DNA of 40,000 nt from Pirellulaceae bacterium (lineage in GTDB: Bacteria > Planctomycetota > Planctomycetia > Pirellulales > Pirellulaceae). The stretch is from positions 20,905 to 60,904 of the forward strand of contig CAVPPY010000003.1 of assembly GCA_963707245.1 (NCBI GenBank), in the 5' to 3' direction. This document shows, in pieces, positions 7,960-17,471 of the stretch. Under the pieces are notes generated by a model. The model saw only the letters and a list, made by a program, of their open reading frames with translations. It did no database searches and was not told where the DNA came from. Made by a program: the position numbers and the translations under genes. Within the stretch, counting starts at the first letter, position 1; the number at the start of each line of letters is the position of its first letter.

Positions 7960-9357
7960 TCAAGTCAACGCCAAACGATCCGACGGACTGACGACAGACA
8001 TTCCGGGTCGATTCATAACATGGGTGTAAATCATCGTCGTCTTGACATCTTTATGTCCCAACAATTCTTGAACAGTTCGAATGTCTGCGCCATCTTCTAG
8101 CATATGGGTTGCAAAACTGTGGCGTAATGTATGGGGAACTGCGGGTTTGTCGATGCGAGCTAGCGCTAGAGCTTTTTTAAAATGGTTTGCAAAAGTAGTC
8201 TCGTGGATATGATGACGCCGAACTTCGTGGCTGCGTGGATCAACAGATCGTCGCTCAGCTGGAAACAAGTACTGCCAGCAGAACTCCTTCGCTGCTGCAG
8301 GGTACTTTTTCTTTAGGGCAAATGGCAAATAGACTTCGCCATACCCGTCGCTCAAATCGGCGGCATGCAGCGTGCGGACGGCGGAAATCTGCAATTTCAA
8401 GGCTTCAATCGCATTGAATGGCAGAACCGTTACGCGATCTTTCATTCCTTTGCCGTTACGAATCAGAATCTCGCGGCGCTCCAGGCAGACATCCTTGATC
8501 CGCAGTGTTCGACACTCCCGGTGCCTCAAGCCTCCGCCGTACATGATCCAATACATCAACCGGGGCTCCCCCGAGAAATACTTGAACAACTCAGTAATCT
8601 CGAGCTTGGTGAGCACCATCGGTCGATATTCGCTCACCTTGGCACGCACGGCGTTGATGAACGCGAGTTCCCGTCCCAGGACCTTTTCGTAGTAAAAAAG
8701 TATCGCGCTCAGTGCCTGGTTTTGCGTGCTTGCAGACACGTCGCCACGAACGGCTAATTCAGTCAAGAATTCAGCGATCTCATTCTCACCGCATTGCTCT
8801 AGTTCTTTGGTTTTCACATGACGCAGAAATCTACGCATCCAACCCAGATATGCTCGTTCGGTACTCAGCGGATGATGCAACATCCTCAACCGCCGCTGCA
8901 TTTGCTGAATGGAATCAGGGTCTTTCCGCTTGATCTGCCCCGCATTGCCCTCGCCCTGGACCAACTCGCTTCCGGCCGCACCAGGCGAGCCTCCGCGTTT
9001 CTCACAGGCAGCAAGTTCCATCAGCTTCTTGCGAATTGGCTCGAAATCAACGCTGGCTTCACGTAAGACGACCGATTGATACAAGGCGATCGCCTGTGCA
9101 GCCTGTAGGCGACGCCAAGCTTCGACATTCCGATCACGCAAACTCCGCAGGAAACCAATAACGCGAGCCTCGTCGACGGCGATTGGAGTATCAGCTCCGT
9201 GAAAGCCGTGGAATTTTGCATATCCAGCCAACCATTTAGGCAGCCATTTGCGATCCCACTCATTCAAGGATTTTAGCGCCACACAGCGATGAAAGCTTTC
9301 CAGAGTCATCTTGCCCCCCGACCACATATCCGATGAAGATTTTCGGAATAATAACAA
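7960..9357 (-). CDS. intI: Integron-type tyrosine recombinase (IntI-like) with an extra N-terminal domain
   Basis: 465-aa ORF; TTG at 9357, alternative ATGs at 9327 and 9309. Catalytic residues fall in [29 protein letters not shown] and [16 protein letters not shown]. Just upstream of the [10 protein letters not shown] (HxxR) box is the IntI-specific insertion [43 protein letters not shown], which XerC/D lack. Two successive SAM-like N-terminal segments are present (about residues 40-100 and 165-235). Confidence 0.85.
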   Translation of the reverse strand: MLLFRKSSSDMWSGGKMTLESFHRCVALKSLNEWDRKWLPKWLAGYAKFHGFHGADTPIAVDEARVIGFLRSLRDRNVEAWRRLQAAQAIALYQSVVLREASVDFEPIRKKLMELAACEKRGGSPGAAGSELVQGEGNAGQIKRKDPDSIQQMQRRLRMLHHPLSTERAYLGWMRRFLRHVKTKELEQCGENEIAEFLTELAVRGDVSASTQNQALSAILFYYEKVLGRELAFINAVRAKVSEYRPMVLTKLEITELFKYFSGEPRLMYWIMYGGGLRHRECRTLRIKDVCLERREILIRNGKGMKDRVTVLPFNAIEALKLQISAVRTLHAADLSDGYGEVYLPFALKKKYPAAAKEFCWQYLFPAERRSVDPRSHEVRRHHIHETTFANHFKKALALARIDKPAVPHTLRHSFATHMLEDGADIRTVQELLGHKDVKTTMIYTHVMNRPGMSVVSPSDRLALT

Positions 9358-9402
9358 TTTCTACATTGTCTTGAAACTGGGTGAGCAGTAGATTTGGGTG
9401 GT

Positions 9403-9473
9403 AGACATTATCAGCGGTCCAACCGTGGATAATATCCCACATAGACCATTATCAGTGGTCCGACCGCTGATAA
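9403..9473. promoter_or_regulatory. Repeat/palindrome cluster upstream of intI: candidate attI and/or operator
   Basis: The 12-mer TTATCAGCGGTC occurs at 9408-9419. A variant TTATCAGTGGTC at 9449-9460 is immediately followed, after one C, by the inverted copy GACCGCTGATAA at 9462-9473, giving a 25-bp palindrome. The two direct copies sit in ~22-nt direct repeats AGAC(A/C)ATTATCAG(C/T)GGTCC(A/G)ACC spaced 40 bp apart. AATAGTTAGCC follows at 9475-9485. Confidence 0.45.
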
Positions 9474-10991
9474 TTAATAGTTAGCCAGCCTACAGAGCAG
9501 CAATTGAGCGTGCTCAGTTAGTAGACCAGATCTTGCAACGTGGATGGCAGTTGAGTTCTGCTCCGCATCAAGAGCGATGGGAAATTCCACAGATATGCCG
9601 ATTGAAACAATGGTCTCACTGTTTGTTCTGCTTGTTTTGGGCGTCGCGGCGGTTGCATTTTGCGTGTTCGTCGGCTGGTTCGTTCGGCAATTCCCCGGGG
9701 ACAACCTGCGATCAACAATAGAAAGTGCGGTGCCTGCAATCGCTGGTTTGCGATGGTCGAGCAATCAGGAAAGCTACTCCGCGAGGACGTCTTGTTCGGT
9801 ATACCCACATACAGCGAGCGTACCGTTGTCGATGGTGTGGTGCGATTGTCCTCCATGAACAGCAGACAAAGCCGAAGATCGAGGTTGCCGGGATACCAAG
9901 TTGGAGAGTGGTGCGGAATGGAGCGAACAAGAAACGACAACACTTGTGGAAGCGTACTGCATAGCATCCACTCGACTGAATAAGTTAGCATGGAGCCGAT
10001 GGGGATGCGTCCGTCCAACGTAAAGCTGCAACGTCTGCTCGACGTGTTCGATTGCCGGCTGTGGTTTAGCCACCATGCGGAGCTTTCCTGGCTTGAGTTG
10101 GCCGAGACCTGCGAATCAAGGGGAGGATGGTGTGGATACTACGCCGATTGCTGGCCATATTGCGTCTAACCCGAAGAGCTGACGGAAGAGACAACATCGG
10201 TACGATGACATGCTCCTACTTCGACCAAACAAGGGCGAACCGCGCATTGCACGCCAGTTCCGGTGGCGGCTTGAATTTGCACAATTTATCATGCCCCGGA
10301 ACGGCGTGAATGCCGACGTTATCGGTTTAAGCATCCAGAACCATTCTCCGCTTGGCATGGTCTAGTGTCATGGTGTTTCGGTCCATCGGTTGTGCTGCGA
10401 ATTCCGAAGATACTTTCCGCAGCTCGTCATACCGCAGAACTGCTTGGCAGTACAGCGTGTCCGTTCTGCTGACTTGCGTTGTAGACAATCGGCAAACGCC
10501 CTTCCAAATCAGCCCGATAACAAATCAAGGATTAGATGGTGCGTCGCTAAGCGAATGATGTTGTGGCGGTAGTCGTTGTCACTGTGCGGGCTCGGTTGGC
10601 TGCGGAGAGGTCAGCCACCATCTAAGCCTCCGTTCAAGAAGCCCAGCGGCAGTTGGAGTTGATGCGGCATCGATGAGACTTGATGGCACGGGCTGTGGGC
10701 CAGTCGTGGGATTGTCAGTTGCCGCTCTGGATTGGGTTTCTTCCCTAGGGGATTGCTTCCTTGAAGACCTCCCCGTGCCGTCGCATTTGGGGCGAATGCG
10801 ACTGTCGCTTCCGAGCACTTCTGTGCAGAATCGCTAGTGGATTGTCCGTCTGGCGTTGTGGAGTGTCTGCGAGTTGACTGTTTTGGACTTCGCTGGGGGG
10901 CTTTTTCAGGCTCGGCGCGGACCTTCCGCGCAGTACGAGCAGCGTGTCGTTAAAAAGTTGGTCGAACTTTGGTCCGCGGGCCGGCAGCGCG

Positions 10992-12188
10992 TCAACTGCT
11001 GTCGAACCAAGCTTCGTCGAATTGCCTGGTGGCCCGGGCAGCGAGTCCTAAACACCACAGCTCGCCGCCGCAGTGTGGGCAGAGCGCCACGCGCGGTACA
11101 GGCTGAGGCTTGGGAGCAACCGTGAGCGTGTAAACCATGTTGAGCGTGACCGTGACCAACATGGCCAGCCAGGCGCGGGGTACCTTGGAACGCGTGTGCA
11201 TAAATCCAAAGTGCCTGATCTTCTGCAAGCCACGCGGCAGGACGTGCTGCAGGAAGCGTCGGATGAACTCTTCGGAAGACACCGTCATCGGTCGATAGGT
11301 GGACTGCTTACTGGGCTTGACCATAAACGTAATGCTGCCCGTACCATCCTCGGCAACTTCGACTCGCCGGATGCGGTGATTCCCGATAGCCACCCGGAAT
11401 ACGTACGGAGCCAAATACCTCAGCGACTGGCGACCATCGCCCACCGCTTGGCAATGGACGTTCCAGCCTGCCTGCCAAACCGCCGGAGCGATCTGATCAA
11501 GCAATCCCGCTTGTTGCAACAAGTGCTTGAACTTGGCCCGAAAGATTTTGGATAGTGCCAAGACAGGTACCAGAAAATCAACGCGGCTAGGCAACCACTC
11601 GGTTGCCGTTGGGCTAAGGGCGCCCCCAGGAACGATGAAGTGCACGTGAGGATGATAGCTCATATCGCGTCCCCAAGTGTGCAGCACGGCGGTCGCCCCG
11701 ATGTTTCCCGAGCCGAGGTACTTGTCATCCTTGGCCAGAGTGGACAGCGACTGGTAAGCAGCTACCATCAGCGCCCGGTAGCACTGTTTCGGATGCGAAC
11801 GCATGAAGGCCCGAAACTCTGCGGGTACGGTAAAGGTGAGCATGAAGTAGGCACAGGGCAACAAGCGGGCTTGCTGCTCGGCCAACCACGTGCGCGCTTT
11901 ATCGCCTTGGCAACTCGGGCAGTGGCGATTGCCGCAAGCCTTGGGCACGTGATGCGTTCTATGGCACTGTTGACAATAGAATATCACCGAACCGGCTTGT
12001 GGCTGACGACAGCCTTGAATAGCCTGCAAGGCTCTGATCTGATCGAGCGACATGCGCTCGCCGTACTTCTCCAAGTAGGCGGGGCCAAACACGCGTAAGA
12101 TGTCGTTGACAGTCCAGGCTTCGCAGCGATCGGTCGTTTCCGCCCTTGAACAAGCCGTGGATGGGGTGTATTGACACATGATTGCCAC
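10992..12188 (-). CDS. IS91-family transposase (N-terminal zinc-binding domain + Y2 HUH rolling-circle domain)
   Basis: 398 aa. Cys clusters CQQCHRTHHVPKACGNRHCPSCQ, HUH region LHTWGRDMSYHPHVHFIVPGGALS, a YLAPYVFRVAI segment, and a C-terminal CPHCGG. Confidence 0.85.
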   Translation of the reverse strand: MAIMCQYTPSTACSRAETTDRCEAWTVNDILRVFGPAYLEKYGERMSLDQIRALQAIQGCRQPQAGSVIFYCQQCHRTHHVPKACGNRHCPSCQGDKARTWLAEQQARLLPCAYFMLTFTVPAEFRAFMRSHPKQCYRALMVAAYQSLSTLAKDDKYLGSGNIGATAVLHTWGRDMSYHPHVHFIVPGGALSPTATEWLPSRVDFLVPVLALSKIFRAKFKHLLQQAGLLDQIAPAVWQAGWNVHCQAVGDGRQSLRYLAPYVFRVAIGNHRIRRVEVAEDGTGSITFMVKPSKQSTYRPMTVSSEEFIRRFLQHVLPRGLQKIRHFGFMHTRSKVPRAWLAMLVTVTLNMVYTLTVAPKPQPVPRVALCPHCGGELWCLGLAARATRQFDEAWFDSS

Positions 12189-12200
12189 TCCCCAGCATGC

Positions 12201-13097
12201 TCAATTCCTCTTGCGTTTAAATAGCGCATTGATCTTGGCGATGGCCGCCTGCTCCCCGACAGTCGTCACGTGCAGGTAGATCATGGTTGAAGTCAGGTGT
12301 TTGTGTCCCATGTACTTTTGAATCAGTTTTAGGCTCACTCCGGCTTCGAGCAGATGCGTGGCATAGCAGTGACGCAATGTATGGGTCGAGATGCCCCGGT
12401 CGCTCCAGTTCAGTTGTTCGAGCACCGCCTTGATGACGCCTTGGACGGACGATTCGCTCATCGGCTCCGACGCGGTAGCGGCCAGTTGGTGATTGCGTCC
12501 TTCGGCTGGAAAGATCCACCGCGGATTGCGATGGGTGACCCAGTACTGGCGGAGCGACTGTAGGGCAATCTCCGGAAGCGGGATCAATCGATCCTTGGCC
12601 CCCTTGCCGCGATGGATGTGGACCACCATCCGCTTGGAGTCGACGTCTGAAGTTTGTAGGTTTAGGGCTTCGTTGAGTCGCAGGCCCAGCATGTAGACCA
12701 CCGTAAAGAAGCAATGCATCGACGGCTTTTCGATCAGCTTCAGGAGTGTGCTGACTTCGCTGGTGGAGATGACCACGGGCAACTTCTGCTCGACCTGGAC
12801 TCTTGCCAGCTGCAGCACTTGCCAATCCCGCGGGCAGGTGATGCGGAAATAGAGTTTGAGCGCTTGCAGTGCCACATTGACGGTGCTGGAACTCCATTGT
12901 TTCTTCTCGGTCACGAACAGCAAGTAGTTGCGTAAGTGATCCTCGGTGGCCTGGTTGGGCGCATGGCCCAGGTACTCGATGAACTTACGCAGAGCTCGCG
13001 CGTAGGCTTGGACGGTCCTGGGTGACTTGCCGTTGAGCTTGAGGTCTTCGGAAAAACGTTGGATGAAAGGGCAATTGGGGTTCTTGTCGATCGACAT
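12201..13097 (-). CDS. Tyrosine recombinase (XerC/D-like phage-integrase family) paired with an IS91-type transposase
   Basis: 298 aa. SAM-like N-terminus (SPRTVQAYARALRKFIEYLG...STVNVALQALKLYF). Catalytic motifs GLRLNEALNL, HTLRHCYATHLLEAG, YMGHKHLTSTMIYLHV. Confidence 0.85.
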   Translation of the reverse strand: MSIDKNPNCPFIQRFSEDLKLNGKSPRTVQAYARALRKFIEYLGHAPNQATEDHLRNYLLFVTEKKQWSSSTVNVALQALKLYFRITCPRDWQVLQLARVQVEQKLPVVISTSEVSTLLKLIEKPSMHCFFTVVYMLGLRLNEALNLQTSDVDSKRMVVHIHRGKGAKDRLIPLPEIALQSLRQYWVTHRNPRWIFPAEGRNHQLAATASEPMSESSVQGVIKAVLEQLNWSDRGISTHTLRHCYATHLLEAGVSLKLIQKYMGHKHLTSTMIYLHVTTVGEQAAIAKINALFKRKRN

Positions 13098-13440
13098 TCC
13101 AGCACTCCTTGGGTAGGGACCAGCGAGCGCTCACCGACAGGCAAGACAAAACGGGCTCGCTGGCCACGCGGAGTTCTAGATTGATTGCGGCTGCGACAAG
13201 ATGACGAGTCGCCAGATTCACCGGCGTGCCGATTAGAAAGAATATTGCTTGTCACATCACCCGTGCGTTACACTACGACATCAACACCAACTGCCGCGCA
13301 GCGGCTTACTTGAACAAGCGATTGAAGCACGCGTCACGCAAGTCAGCTTCCAACATCCGCTCAAACTTGACGCTGCTTAATCGCGGCATTACCTGCTCAC
13401 TGCGGAATCCCCGAATCAATGCCGACTGCAGCGGACGAGT

Positions 13441-14022
13441 TTGAACCACCGACTGAACTGCTTGAATTGCTGTCGGATCAAGACGATGAATAGGCGATCC
13501 GAGCCAGCATTTATCGATGTTGAGCCATGTCTTGTCGAGGGCACTTCAACTGCTCGAGAGGCAGTCGAAGCATCCCGCGAGATGAATATGAGTCATGAAT
13601 TGAATACAATTCGAGAGACTTTTCGATTACGCGTCCTTACTGCGTTTCGTTGGTCGGGCGACGAATGTTGCTTGGTTTTCGACGAAATTGGGATCAAGTT
13701 GAAAGCGAATTTGGGGGGGATCTGCCTAAGCAGAGCGGACTCGGTTGTTTCGATTGACTCCCTTGCGGACTCACCGGATCGATGGATTTTGCGGTTTCGA
13801 TGCGAGAAACCTTTTGAAGTTGATTGGTCGCCACGTGATGAGCTTTCCGATTGTCTCCATCGTGAATTGACGCGAATTGACAAGTCCGATTTTGGATACT
13901 GGATAAAATTCCGAAGTTTAGAGCCGATCCTCTTTTCGCCCTTAAGAGTCGTAACTTCCAACATCAAGCTTCCGGGATCAATCGTCTATTTTTCCGTCGG
14001 CAACAATAAAATCCGGACATAA
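13441..14022 (+). CDS. Hypothetical protein (orphan) between the two divergent recombinase/transposase modules; start uncertain (ATG 13486, 13582 or 13588)
   Basis: The only long ORF in a visibly more AT-rich 1.2-kb segment. I recognise no motif in it (…MSHELNTIRETFRLRVLTAFRWSGDECCLVFDEIGIKLKANLGG…). Confidence 0.45.
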   Translation: MNHRLNCLNCCRIKTMNRRSEPAFIDVEPCLVEGTSTAREAVEASREMNMSHELNTIRETFRLRVLTAFRWSGDECCLVFDEIGIKLKANLGGICLSRADSVVSIDSLADSPDRWILRFRCEKPFEVDWSPRDELSDCLHRELTRIDKSDFGYWIKFRSLEPILFSPLRVVTSNIKLPGSIVYFSVGNNKIRT

Positions 14023-14332
14023 CAAAGCGATCAACCGAAGTGCTCGAAAAACCGCCAATTGATGGCTATGTCTTTCGCTCGCACTCGGTTATCGCCGTCG
14101 TTGAACTAAGCCGGTTCGCGGCTTGGTTTAACGCGCGGGGTAGTTAAGACATCTCTCGTATTTACACTTTCTTGGACCGGAGAAATTCTTTTGTGATTTT
14201 TCCGGCATTTCGGCTGGCGCTGTGCAGATTCTTGCTGCATGCTTCTTGTGAACAGTGGACGGGTTAGCAAGCTGATTAGCCTGCATCCGCCACATCTCTT
14301 TTCTTCACACGCGCTTCCCAGGAGCACACGCA

Positions 14333-15367
14333 ATGACACCCTACCAATTTCGACTCAATCGGTACATCGAGCGGATGGCTAAGGATATGAAGATCCGCAA
14401 TATGGCCCAGTCGACTATCGACGCCTATACCTGGCATGTGACCAAGTTCTGCGAGTTCTTCGACAGCCCGCCGGAGAAGCTGGGACCTGAAGAGGTCCGC
14501 CAATACCAGCTGTACATGATCGAACAGAAGAAATCTTCGTGGAGCTCCTTCAACCAGGCTGTGTGTGGCCTACGCTTCCTGTACGAAGTATCCCTCAAAC
14601 GCCACTGGGCCGTGCGGCATATCCCCTTCGGGAAACGCCCCAAGAAATTGCCTGTGGTGCTCTCCGACCAAGAAGCAATCAGGCTGATCCAATGTGTCGA
14701 CAATCCCAAACACCGCATGATACTGCTGAGCTGCTATGCCACGGGCATGCGACTCCGCGAGGCGACCAACCTGCGTCTGGCCGACGTGGATGGGGACCGC
14801 AGGCAGATCCGAATTACCTGCGCAAAGGGCAGCAAAGAAAGGCTCGTGCCCGCCTCGCCCAGGCTGCTCGACGAGCTGCGGGAGTACTGGAAGCTGGAGA
14901 GGCCACGCAACTATCTTTTCCCTGGGGCGACGCCGGACACGCCGCTGTCCAGCGCGACGGTGCAGAAGGCCTGCAAGCTGGGACTGGCCAAGGCGCAGAT
15001 CAACAAGCCCGCCACACCCCACACGATGCGGCACACCTTCGCGACCAGCATGCTCGAGGCGGGAGTGGATCTACTGACGATCAGCAAGCTGCTCGGTCAC
15101 GCCAGCTTCGTAACGACGATGATCTATCTGCACGTCCGGCGTCAACACTTCGAGCGCTCGCCGAGCCCGATCGACTGGATGCCCGTCAGGCAGTGCCCGC
15201 AGTGGGCCGAAGTCGATCCAGTGGTCCAGCAACCTCCGGCCATACAGCAGGAGCTGATGCAGCTCATACCGGACAAAGTGGAGGAACAGGACGAAACGAA
15301 CAAGACCCAGCGGCGGACGTCGGGGCACCGCCAAGGCAAGAAGTCGCGCAGGCCGCGCCACGGGTAA
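14333..15367 (+). CDS. Tyrosine recombinase (phage-integrase family) paired with an IS91-type transposase
   Basis: 344 aa. N-terminal SAM-like domain (STIDAYTWHVTKFCEFF...SFNQAVCGLRFLY). Catalytic motifs GMRLREATNLRLADV, HTMRHTFATSMLEAG, LLGHASFVTTMIYLHV. Confidence 0.85.
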   Translation: MTPYQFRLNRYIERMAKDMKIRNMAQSTIDAYTWHVTKFCEFFDSPPEKLGPEEVRQYQLYMIEQKKSSWSSFNQAVCGLRFLYEVSLKRHWAVRHIPFGKRPKKLPVVLSDQEAIRLIQCVDNPKHRMILLSCYATGMRLREATNLRLADVDGDRRQIRITCAKGSKERLVPASPRLLDELREYWKLERPRNYLFPGATPDTPLSSATVQKACKLGLAKAQINKPATPHTMRHTFATSMLEAGVDLLTISKLLGHASFVTTMIYLHVRRQHFERSPSPIDWMPVRQCPQWAEVDPVVQQPPAIQQELMQLIPDKVEEQDETNKTQRRTSGHRQGKKSRRPRHG

Positions 15368-15375
15368 TCGACATC

Positions 15376-16617
15376 TTGCGGCGCTACACACCGGCAGCGG
15401 CCATCCGCTATCGCTTCGCCTTTCACGTTCTCAGCGTGCTGGCGAAGATCCTGCTATGTCGCACGCCGATACTCAAGGAGCGGCGCTTTCGCTGTCCGCA
15501 GTGTGACTACCGATCGGTGCTCTACAACTCGTGCACCGACCGCAACTGCCCGCAGTGTAGCGGAGCCAGACGACGCGACTGGCTGGAGAAAACCAGCCAG
15601 TTGCTACTGCCTGGCATCCACTACTTCCAAGTTGTCTTTACCCTGCCCGACAAGCTCTCCGGGCTGATCCTGGGCAATCGCAAGGAGCTGTACGCCTTGC
15701 TGTTCCGCTCCGCTTGGCGTGCTCTGAATCATTGCTTGCGGCAAACCGGCAAGTATCATCCGGCAGCCATCATGGTGCTGCACACATGAAACCAACAGCT
15801 GGAGCATCACCCACACATCCATGCAGTCGTTCCCGGCGGTGGTCCCGCGTTGGAAGCTGAGCGATGGCTCACGGCCAAGCATCCCGATCCCAACTATCGC
15901 AAGCCCTACTTGGTGGACATCGTTGAGTTGGGAAGAGCCTTTCGCAAACGCTACATGCTGGGACTTAGGCGGCTGGTGCGAGAGGGTAAGCTGAAGCTCG
16001 AGGGCGAGTGGTCTCGGCTCGAGGATCCGCGAGAACTCAAACGCTGGTGCGAGGAGCTCAAGCGTACCGACTGGAACGTCTTCGTGGAGGGTCCGCCGCA
16101 GGGTGAGAGCCGCCCCGAGCATGTGCTGCGTTATCTAACCCGCTACCTGTCCGGTGGGCCGATCCACGACGGTCGTATCATTAGCGACGAGGATGGCTGG
16201 GTCAAGTTCTGGGCGCGTAGCAAGGACAAACGCAAGCAGGGACGTCTCGTAGAGAAGAAGCTATGGGGACCGGAGTTCGTGCGGCGGTGGGCCATGCACA
16301 TTCTACCTAAGGGCTTTGTGAAGTCGCGACGTTACGGTGGCTACCACACCACCAATAGCCAAGCTTATCTAGAGCGCTGTCGCGAACTGCTACCGCCCAG
16401 CGACGACGAAACGGAAGACGACACTGAGCCTGTTCATGTGCTGCCCGAGTGCGACAGCCAGCCCGAGTGTCCGCACTGCCAAGTTGCCTTGACGTGTACG
16501 TCTACGTCCCGGCGTCCGAGCTGGAAGCAAGTGTTCGAGCGTGGTATTTACCGAGATGCAGCCATCTACTGTCCACTGTTACACATTTTTCAGCGTGGAC
16601 CGCCCAAGCGGAGTTGA
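15376..16617 (+). pseudogene. IS91-family transposase with an in-frame TGA (15787-15789) at the conserved Trp of the HTW...HPHxH motif
   Basis: The tail of ORF 14539-15789 (…RCPQCDYRSVLYNSCTDRNCPQCSG…AAIMVLHT*) and ORF 15850-16617 are in the same frame. Read-through gives HT*NQQLEHHPHIHAVVPGGG, compared with HTWGRDMSYHPHVHFIVPGG in module 1. The start is uncertain (TTG 15376). Confidence 0.8.
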
Positions 16618-16994
16618 TCTCGATGCACAATACATCAGCCACAACGCAGGCACTCATCACCAGGTGTGTCACGCTTCTTTCGGAGGCTTGCCCGGACAGC
16701 CTCCGCCGATGCAGCAACTCCGCGGCCCTACAAGCCGAAGAGTCGTTACCTCTGCTAGGCGATAAAGCACCAGCAAAAGCATTGCTAACAACCTCTGCGA
16801 TCCGTTAGACTGTCTTCGGCGGCGCAAAGCAACCTGCAATCCGCATGAGCTCCTACACAGAGCTTGAGCGCTACACCGGCCAGTTCAACGCTCAATCTAT
16901 CCGTCAGGATCATAAACCCAAAACACTTCACACAGCACTCTGAAGTCATCCCGACGGATAGATTGCAATACGTTCTGTGCGGTAGGATTTTGAA

Positions 16995-17471
16995 ATGGCT
17001 ACCGTATACATTGAAACATCGATTATTGGATACATGACCGCTCGCTCCAGCGACGCTGTCATCTTCTTGGCCCGTCAGCAGCTCACGCGACAATGGTGGG
17101 CCGCCCAAAGAAGCAAGTACGATCTCTTCACGAGCCAACTAGTGATCGATGAAGCTAGTGCTGGCGACCCGACCGCTGCACGAGATCGCCTGGCCCTATT
17201 AGACGATCTGCCGCTGCTGGATATTCAGCATTCCGAGGTTCAATCCCTTGCCGACAGGCTGATTACGAATCACCTGCTGCCCGAAAAGGCGGCAGCTGAT
17301 GCACGACATGTGGCCGTAGCGGCGGTTTTCGGTGTAGACTATCTGTTGACCTGGAATTGCAAGCACATCGCTAACGCGGAGACATTGCCCCGAATCTACA
17401 GGATGCTTCGAGATTCTGGCTTTGAGCCTCCGTTGGTTGTAACGCCCGAGGAGTTCTCCGGTAATGCCTGA
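16995..17471 (+). CDS. PIN-domain protein (VapC-like toxin family)
   Basis: 158 aa. VYIETSIIGYMTARSS...QLVIDEASAGD...ADARHVAVAAVFGVDYLLTWNCKHIANA...VVTPEEF matches a widespread PIN-like family as I recall it. It overlaps the downstream small gene by 8 nt. Confidence 0.7.
   Translation: MATVYIETSIIGYMTARSSDAVIFLARQQLTRQWWAAQRSKYDLFTSQLVIDEASAGDPTAARDRLALLDDLPLLDIQHSEVQSLADRLITNHLLPEKAAADARHVAVAAVFGVDYLLTWNCKHIANAETLPRIYRMLRDSGFEPPLVVTPEEFSGNA

Larger units (their letters stand above)
10992..13097 (-). mobile_element. IS91-family-like module 1 (tyrosine recombinase + Y2 HUH transposase); element ends not defined
   Basis: Two co-oriented genes 12 nt apart (see the CDS entries). I could not identify ori/ter ends by eye. 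A 7-bp-stem hairpin GCGCGGA-cct-TCCGCGC lies at about 10915-10931, downstream of the transposase. Confidence 0.6.
14333..16617 (+). mobile_element. IS91-family-like module 2 (tyrosine recombinase + inactivated Y2 HUH transposase); ends not defined
   Basis: Same two-gene architecture as module 1, on the opposite strand and strongly diverged in sequence. A hairpin GGAGGCT-n9-AGCCTCC lies at about 16682-16704, downstream. Confidence 0.6.

Noticed and set aside
9978-9989. AATAAGTTAGCA as a cassette boundary paired with AATAGTTAGCC at 9475-9485
   Set aside because: GTTAGC(C/A) deviates from GTTRRRY, and no complementary R'' (TGCTAAC) or attC-like stem precedes 9985. I mention it only as context for the attI hypothesis.
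14539-15789. 416-aa ORF overlapping the module 2 recombinase gene in another frame
   Set aside because: Only its last ~135 aa (from about 15376) are transposase-like. The upstream 280 aa are Arg/Ala/Gly/Pro-rich out-of-frame translation of the recombinase gene, typical of GC-rich DNA.
16896-16960. 9-bp inverted repeat CTATCCGTC...GACGGATAG upstream of the PIN gene as a TA operator
   Set aside because: It is plausible, but it is a short repeat with a wide ~47-nt spacing and no second copy. The evidence is insufficient to annotate it.
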